The position numbers and the translations under genes were made by a program. Source: Octopus sinensis (Eukaryota). Taken from it: a stretch of 27,494 bases of DNA. The stretch is taken from NCBI RefSeq assembly GCF_006345805.1, contig NW_021827580.1:1-27494 (forward strand), in the 5' to 3' direction. Shown in pieces: positions 20,368 through 27,494 of this stretch (the stretch's first letter is position 1; each line of letters starts with the position of its first letter). The notes beneath the pieces are model-generated. The model did not search any database and was not told the origin of the DNA. It saw only the letters and a program-made list of their open reading frames with translations.

Positions 20368-21368
20368 TTGTGTGTCTGTGTTTGTCCCCCTAGCATTGCT
20401 TGACAACCGATGCTGGTGTGTTTACGTCCCCGTCACTTAGCGGTTCGGCAAAAAAGAGACCGACAGAATAAGTACTGGGCTTACAAAGAATAAGTCCCGG
20501 GGTCGATTTGCTCGACTAAAGGCGGTGCTCCAGCATGGCCGCAGTCAAATGACTGAAACAAGTAAAAGAGTAAAAGAGTACCTCAACCATAACCTTGGTT
20601 TCATCTATCCTTCCATCAAACAAAAGGCAGCAGAGCCCTCCTTTCCATTCTTCTTCCTACTAACCAGATATCTCATTCATTCATTTATCTTCTCTCTTCT
20701 AAGTTTATTATAATCTCTAACCGAGGATGAATCCTCTTCACAGATGAAGCAGTTCCAATTTTAAGAGCCTCACAGAGTTCGAATGGTGACGAATCCTATC
20801 TAATGCAATGTTTGAACTGTTTCTTGTATTGTATTACCCTCTCTTTGCTATGGCTTCAGAAGATTATTAAGAATTATCATTTGACATTACTTCATTTTCT
20901 TCAGAAGAAGTATTAAACAACTGACAAATATGGCAGCGCAGTTCTTCTCTTTGCGTGACGTCACTCTTCATTCTCTTCTTTTCTTCCCTCTCTCTCTGAC
21001 AAGGCCTTCCTTTTTTCAGTAGATATCTGTCTCTTACTTTCTTTAGACGTAATCAGTTAAACCCATTTGCATACTGCTTTGGTCCTGCTTTTCTTTTCTT
21101 TGAGCTTATGAAATCCAGCTCTAGAATAGGTATTTTCTTTTCAAGAGGGCAATAACAGTCAATATAGGAATGATTTCCTCTCTTACCTGTGGGAGAACAA
21201 TCCCCTTTTGAACACAAAACTATGGAACACTTGCAGCTCAAAATATCGAACAGTGTACCAAATGAGTGTAGAAAATTATTTTTCATTGCCAAGTTTCCTT
21301 TAACAAGTGGTGTGTGTTCTGCTTTCCGCCAGAATCCCATTATTTTTAGCTCAATTGTTCGAGAAGGT
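19690..21368 (-). pseudogene. hAT-superfamily (hATm-like) transposase relic, interrupted by a SINE
   Basis: LFDILSCKC...C.CP..KKIP.LEL.F (N-terminus), LFDGRIDET (first Asp), EHYTVCSEPGG..LFHFTP, AIGGDSTAVNTGWKGGV (second Asp), CDLHTGELPLRHL..IDGP (CxxH motif). Many frameshifts; no TIRs found. The hATm label is from recollection of these motifs. Confidence 0.82.
20160..20580 (+). mobile_element. SINE family C, full length
   Basis: Head GGCGCAGGAGTGGGTGTGTGG, B-box GGTTCAGTCCC, internal TA/TG microsatellite, (TAAAAGAG)n tail. Removing it restores the transposase reading frame. Confidence 0.93.
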
Positions 21369-21369
21369 T

Positions 21370-22296
21370 TTGATCGGCCCGGAGCTTTAGTAGAAAACTC
21401 TCGCCTAAGGTTCCACGCATTGAGACTGAACCCGGAACCATGTGGTTAGGAAGCGAACTTCTTATTTCTTTATTGCTCACAAGGGGCTACATACAGAGAG
21501 GACAAACAAGAACAGACAAAGGGATTAAGTCGACTAAATTGACCCCAGTGCGTAACTGGTACTTAATTTATCGACCCCGAAAGGATGAAAGGCAAAGTCA
21601 ACCTCGGCGGAATTTGAACTCAGAACATAACAGCAGACAAAATACCCATTTCTTTATTGCCCACAAGGGGCTAAACACAGAGAGGACAAACAAGGACAGA
21701 CAAAGGGATTAAGTCGATTATATCGACCCCAGTGCGTAACTGGTACTTAATAACTGGTAATTAATTTTTTGACCCCGAAAGGATGAAAGGCAAAGTCGAC
21801 CTCGGTGGAATTTGAACTCAGAACGTAACAGCAGACGAAATACTTATTTCTTTACTACCCACAAGGGGCTAAACACAGAGGGGACAAACAAGGACAGACA
21901 TAGGTATTAAGTCGATTACATCGACCCCAGTGCGTAACTGGTACTTAATTTATCGACCCCGAAAGGATGAAAGGCAAAGTCGACCTCGGCGGAATTTGAA
22001 CTCAGACCGTAGCGGCAGACGAAATACCTATTTTTTTATTACCCACAAGGGGCTAAACATAGAGGACAAACAAGAACAGCCAAACCGATTAAGTCGATTA
22101 CATCGACCCCAGTGCGTAACTGGTACTTATTTAATCGACCCCGAAAGGATGAAAGGCAAAGTCGACCTCGGCGGAATTTGAACTCAGAACGTAACGGCAG
22201 ACGAAATACCGATAAGCATTTCGCCCGGCGTGCTAACGTTTCTGCCAGCTCGCCGCCTTGGGAAGCGAAGTTTTTACCACACAGCCACGCCTACAC
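21370..22296 (-). mobile_element. SINE family C head fragment split by the SINE A tetramer
   Basis: Pieces 21370-21464 and 22258-22296 join into GGCGTGGCTGTGTGGTAA...CCACATGGTTCCGGGTTCAGTC. Confidence 0.82.
21465..22257 (-). mobile_element. SINE A (tail 2) head-to-tail tetramer
   Basis: Units start at ~21465, 21648, 21846 and 22030; only the last carries the full head. TSD ttaggaagcgaacttctta (21446-21464) versus ttgggaagcgaagttttta (22258-22276), 16/19. Confidence 0.93.
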
Positions 22297-22749
22297 ATAA
22301 ATATAAAACTGACATCCTTATTTTTAGCGAATTAGAAGAAACCGACATAAATGTTGTTTTGCAATGCCCCCATGAATTCTGAATAAACCTGCGCATTGGG
22401 TGGTAATTTTGTTAGTGTTTTGTGTAACTTTTATTGAATTCTTTGTCTATATTTAGATCATGCACTTATTAATCTCAGTTCGTGTCCTTTTAGATAAAGT
22501 ATTACACCATACAAAAATATCATCCAGATATTTCCTACAAAAATATCGCCATCTCTTATCGAATATTATATTGCAGAAAACTTATTTATTTATTAAGAGT
22601 TTGAGATGGCGTAATTTTCATTGAATTTTGTTTTCGGTAAAAAGGAAAAAAAAGTCTTGGAGATTTAATTAAATTTGGTAAATTTGGATTCGTGTCTGTT
22701 ATATGCCCGTAAGGTGACGCTTCGGTAGTTTACTCCTTTCAAAAGTTTA

Positions 22750-22982
<233 letters not shown>

Positions 22983-23051
22983 TGAAGTAAGCCAGCGTCT
23001 GAAACTCAGAAATAGAACCGATGCAATTTTTTTTCTCAGCATGAGATTAGT

Positions 23052-23192
23052 TGGAAGAGGAGAGGGAGGAGAAGTAGAAGTAGGAGGAGCAGATGCAGGG
23101 GTGACAGGGGAAGGAGGAGCAGTGGAAGGAGGGGAGGAGAAAGAAGGAGGACGAGAAGGAGAGGAGAGAGAGGAGGGAGGAGGACAGTAAGG
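23052..23192. repeat. GGA/GA polypurine tract
   Basis: Direct reading. Confidence 0.8.
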
Positions 23193-23394
23193 GACAAATT
23201 TTGCCCAATGTTTGTCCTACTCTCATGGCTCAGATTTCATCTGGTTCATTCGATATCCAATTTAACAGTGATTATCGACGGTTCACAGAACGTATGAAGT
23301 TATGTGTACATACGTGTACGTATACATACGCACACACACACACACACACACACACACGGGCGTACATAAACACATTCGTTTATACACACACACA

Positions 23395-23427
<33 letters not shown>

Positions 23428-23440
23428 TTGTGTGTGTGTG

Positions 23441-23506
23441 TATTCTGTTCTTTTATTCTTTTACTTGCTTCAGTCATTTGACTGCGGCCATGCTGGAACA
23501 CCACCT
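23441..23506 (-). mobile_element. SINE family C, 3' tip
   Basis: ttacttgcttcagtcatttgactgcggccatgctggaacacc matches the reverse complement of 20523-20575. Confidence 0.85.
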
Positions 23507-23721
23507 GAAGATTGCTCTACATTTTAAAACTGATGTACTACTTGCATTGTTTAATTAAATGGAGTCGCATGAAACGATCGTACTGCATTACCATTGGATA
23601 TCCTTGTTGCTTATTTTGATTATAACCACCCCATTTTGAATTATATGGATAATACCATACCAAATTCTGGTGCCTTTAACTTAAATACCATATTCAACTG
23701 AATCTAAATTTTTACTGAACT

Positions 23722-23740
23722 TATATATATATATGTATAT

Positions 23741-23803
<63 letters not shown>

Positions 23804-23812
23804 TATATATAA
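23722..23812. repeat. (TA)n microsatellite
   Basis: Direct reading. Confidence 0.95.
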
Positions 23813-23940
23813 TAGTAAAGAGTGAAAAAACGACAGAAGGCTTAAATGTTAAAAAATATATATATTTGCGTCAATATGTCTGAAGAATATTAGAAAATTT
23901 TTTTAAAAAATTTTTTTTCCTTTATAATGACATAATTTTT

Positions 23941-23980
23941 AAAGAAAGACCGGTTTCGCATTTAGCTTTTCAAACTTCTT
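23941..23980 (-). ncRNA. Decayed minimal hammerhead in the PLE 3' pLTR
   Basis: AAGAAGT-TTGAAAA-GC-TAAAT-GC-GAAAC-CG-GTC-TTTCTT: GAAACCGGTC palindromic stem III and GUC present, but CUGANGA mutated at two positions. Confidence 0.45.
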
Positions 23981-24112
23981 GTGACGTTATGTTTATGTTG
24001 AATAGAGTTATCCTTGTGTTTATGCTCCGGAGAGTTCTAAATAAGGGAAGGTAGTGGGTGATTTCTTCCTGTGTAAGGGAGATAATCGCTTAAATTTTTT
24101 TTTCCTTTTCCC

Positions 24113-26210
24113 TTAATGTGAATTTCTCTGTATCAGTATGTTCGGATGGTTGAGTCTGGGCTTGTACTTTTCAATGAAGAATGTTTCCTTGTTTAGTCTA
24201 ATTTGTGTTGATGATCCGAAAGCACATTGGTAAAATGGAAAGATTAAAAATTGTGGTAGTAGTTGCTTTGTGCATTTCTCAATGTGCTCACTAAAAGGTA
24301 TCATTCTATATTCTGGGAATGCAATCTGTCGTCGATGCAGTGTGCATCTACGTCTGAGTGATAGTCCCGTAGAACCCACGTAGTCTTGGTGGCAGCCCGA
24401 GCATTTTATGACATAAATTATGTTTTCAGAGGCACAAGTAAAGTTAGATTTGATCTTGAATTTCTATCCCTCTTTAAAGAGGAATTCTGATCCTTCTAGC
24501 AGGTTAGGACATGTTGCACAGTTCGATCTACCACATTTTTTTACTTTTGCATCCGTAATTTCAGAAGACAATTTTGCCTTTGTGAGAATCTTTTTAAGTG
24601 ATTTAGGCTGTTTGTAGCTTTTAATGATTTGGTGTATGTTTAGAATTTCCTTTAATTTGGGGTTTTTATGAAGTATTGGTAAATTCTGGGTGATGATGGT
24701 GAAGGCTTCTTTGTTTCTGGGGTTGTATGTAGATATGTAAGGTAGTATTTTCGGGGAAGATGTGTTGTTGTGTTGAACTTTTCTTAAAGTTTCTATGTTT
24801 ATTTCTGTTGCACGTCTGATCCCATCCTCTATGAGTTGAGCTGGGTAATGTCTGTCAATTAGGGTGTTTTTGAGTTCTTGCAGTCTAAAGTTCCTGGTAT
24901 TTTGTTCTGAGACTATTGTGCATATCCTTCTTGCAAGGTTGAAGGGGATGTTTGTTTTAGTGTGTCTTGGGTGGCATGAATTAAAGAGAAGGTATTGTTT
25001 GGCGTCGGTGGCTTTGTAGAAAATGTCTGTTTCTATTTTAAGGTTAATTTTTTAAATTAGTATATCCAAGAACGGGAGCTCCTTTTGGTTGTATTCCATT
25101 GTGAATTGTATATTTGGGTTTATGCTGTTCAATAGGTTTTTAAATTTTAGGAGTTTATCTGTGTTTTCATTCCAGAGAATAAAACAATCGTCTAAGAATC
25201 GTTTCCAGTTCTCTTTTATGTATTGAGAGAGGGGGTTTCCAAAGATTGATAAAGATTCCTGGTAAATGATTATTTCCATGTATCCCATTGTTAAGTTCGC
25301 AATGACTGGTGCTGCCCTTGTACCCATAGCAATTCCGGATTTTTGACGGTAAAATGTATTGTCAAACATGAAGTGGTTATTGTGTAGGATGAATTCAATT
25401 GATTTAGTAATGAATTCTTTACTGATCCTTTTTGGTATTTCTTCCGGTCTAACCAGAACTGTATTGCCTCCAGTCCATAATTATGAGGTATACTGGTATA
25501 CAAGTTGACTACATCAAATGAAACCAGGATTGTTTCTTCCTTGGCTTTTTTTGGAAGGTGGTTTAACATATCTAAGTCATCTCTGATATGGCTATCGATA
25601 TGTTTAAGGAAGGGTTTCAGGAGGATGTCCATAAGTAGACTTAGTCTGTGTGTTTCACAGGTTGGGCCAGCTACAATGGGTCGTAGTTTTAGGTCCCCCG
25701 GGTTAGGTGTGTGTATGTATGTCTTTGGTGATTTTTTAATGGTTTCATTTATAATTTGACTTTTATGAATTTTTGGCAGACCATAGAAAAGGCTAGGTTT
25801 GCATTTAAAGTTTGTTAGGAAGTCGATCTCTTTGGTTGTTAGTTCCTTTTCAGGGTTTTAATTAGTGAAGATAGAGTTTTCATTATTTTTTGTGGGGTGT
25901 AGTTGGTAATTTTTTCATAATGTAGGTCGTCATCAAGCAAGGAAATTACAAGATTCTGTAGTATGATGTATCCATTATTACAACTGCATTTCCCTTGTCT
26001 GCTTCCTTAATGGTTATATCCTCATCATTTTGAAGTTCTATCAGTTCCTTCCATTGTGTAGTGTTAAAATTTGGGTTAGCTTTCTGTTATGTATAGTATG
26101 GTAGGGGAATTCTCAATGTGGTTACAGAATTCGTCAAGATCTTTATTTCTTCCTCTGTGTGGGATGTGTCACACTTTTGTTCTTGACTAGTGATTCATCT
26201 TCAGTATTGA
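24113..26210 (-). pseudogene. PLE polyprotein: RT, thumb, Cys linker, GIY-YIG endonuclease
   Basis: IKEADKGNAVVIMD, FYGLPKIHK, RPIVAG, SFDVVNLYTSIP, GIAMGT..AP..ANL, RFLDDCF, LPFLD, YK.TD.KQYL...SCHP, KCGRSNCATCP, IIYVIKCSGCHQDYVGST. The stretch 25369-24113 is one frame with stops at 25052-25054 and 24464-24466; frameshifts near 25445, 25860 and 25945. Confidence 0.93.
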
Positions 26211-26213
26211 AAT

Positions 26214-26249
<36 letters not shown>

Positions 26250-26253
<4 letters not shown>

Positions 26254-26398
26254 GACGGACTTCTTTCAATTTCCGTCTACCAAATCCACTCACAAGCTTT
26301 GGTCAGCCTGACGCTATAGCAGAAGACACTTGCCCAAGGTGCTACGCAGTGGGACTGGACCCGAATCATGTGGTTAGGAAGCAAGCTTCTTACCACAC
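26250..26398 (-). mobile_element. SINE family C, 5' fragment
   Basis: Matches the reverse complement of 20165-20330. Confidence 0.9.
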
Positions 26399-26412
26399 AC
26401 ACACACACATAC

Positions 26413-26482
<70 letters not shown>
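26399..26482. repeat. (CA)n-(TA)n microsatellite
   Basis: Direct reading. Confidence 0.95.
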
Positions 26483-26484
<2 letters not shown>

Positions 26485-26519
26485 ACACAGTAGTACTTTT
26501 TCGCTTTTAAAAAGGACAG

Positions 26520-26735
26520 GGCGGTGAGCTGGCAGAATCGTTAACCCGCCGGAGAAAATGCTTAGCGGCATTCGTCCGTCTTTACGGTCTGAGTTCGAAA
26601 ACCGCCGAGGTCGACTTCTACTTTCATCCCTTTGAGGTCGATAAAATAAGTACCAGTTGTACACTGGGATCGATGAAATCGACTTACCCCTCACCCCGAA
26701 ATTACTGGCCTTGTGCCAAAATTTGAGACCAATTT
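26520..26735 (+). mobile_element. SINE A, tail type 1
   Basis: ggcggtgagctggcagaatcgtt head, gagttcgaaaacc B-box, core, tail gaaattactggccttgtgccaaaatttg. Confidence 0.9.
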
Positions 26736-27018
26736 TACAGAAGAATAAAGCTATACATTTCAGCCAATACTTGTTTTAATTTAGCATAATTGTTTACTAT
26801 CAGTTGTAAGCTGCACAACCTCATCGTCTCTCCTTGAGTGAGGGACACTGACATCTCTTTACAGCTGTTTCTTATCTTTTCATTGCTTTTTGTTTTCTAT
26901 TTATTTCTTTTTGAAGTGTTGCTGGTTTCCTAGAAACTTGCCAACGCACAAACACGTTAACGTTACTGGTATTACGCCAAGTATGAATTGATCATGGAAG
27001 GAACTGCATGACTATATA

Positions 27019-27240
27019 TTTATTTCTTTATTGCCCACAAGGGGCTAAACATAGAAGGGACAAATAAGGACAGACAAAGGGATTAAGTCGATTACATCGA
27101 CCCCAGTGCGTAACTGGTACTTAATTTATCGACCCCGAAAGGATGAAAGGCAAAGTCGACCTCGGCGGAATTTGAACTCGCAACGTAACGGCAGACGAAA
27201 TACGGCTACGCATTTCGCCTGGCGTGCTAACGTTTCTGCC
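27019..27240 (-). mobile_element. SINE A, tail type 2, missing the first few bases
   Basis: Near-identical to unit 22030-22257. Confidence 0.93.
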
Positions 27241-27494
27241 ATACCACGACCAAGGGGTCGTATAACCCCAGCATAACACTGTAACACGTTTAATTAAGCA
27301 TTATATAAATTATAAATAAATACATGTATCTGTCCCGGCACCATATTTCTTTTTACAGAATTTGCATATTTCGTCCAGGCAATTTAGCATACATTACAAT
27401 AATTAAGAATAATTATTAAATAATTAAATTAGAAAAAATTCTCAGAACTATTTGAACTTTAAATTCATAAAATTTAAGTGGATCTGATGGCATC

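Larger units (their letters stand above)
23820..26215 (-). mobile_element. Penelope-like element (Neptune-type), 5'-truncated, bounded by (TA)n
   Basis: RT and GIY-YIG ORF relic, ~290-bp 3' region with a hammerhead-like motif, and (TA)n at both ends (23722-23812, 26217-26250). Confidence 0.92.

Noticed and set aside
21465-22257. Regularly spaced repeats suggesting a CRISPR array
   Set aside because: Units are ~185-bp SINE bodies with no unique spacers, in a eukaryotic context.
23530-23670. Minus frame WYYPYNSKWGGYNQNKQQGYPMVMQYD with reflectin-like composition
   Set aside because: Lacks the reflectin M/FD(X)5MD(X)5MD motif, is short, and is bounded by stops.

Overview
A eukaryotic, repeat-saturated intergenic or intronic window with no securely identifiable host gene. 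The SINE families and extreme microsatellite load resemble an octopus (coleoid cephalopod) genome; this is my recollection, not a database result. By hand estimate about a quarter is simple repeat (AAT, GGT/CAC, ATAC, TG, TA), which explains most long ORFs in the track. The rest is a layered transposon graveyard: (1) an internally deleted pogo-type DNA transposon with 27-bp TIRs and TA target duplication (3387-4558); (2) a train of R4/Dong-like non-LTR remnants in (TAA)n tracts (11806-14790); (3) a decayed L1/Tx1-type RT (14960-16140) ending in a 50-bp micro-inversion; (4) a hAT (hATm-like) transposase relic split by a SINE (19690-21368); (5) a Neptune-type Penelope-like element with RT and GIY-YIG domains (23820-26215); (6) about 20 copies or fragments of four SINE families, including a tetramer and nested insertions with target-site duplications. 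The strongest non-obvious signal is a set of sequence-unrelated hammerhead-ribozyme folds on the minus strand (4849-4923, 9686-9769, 17269-17340, 23941-23980). Three are in short non-coding inserts between microsatellites and one lies at the 3' end of the Penelope-like element. All pairings and translations were done by eye and need computational confirmation.
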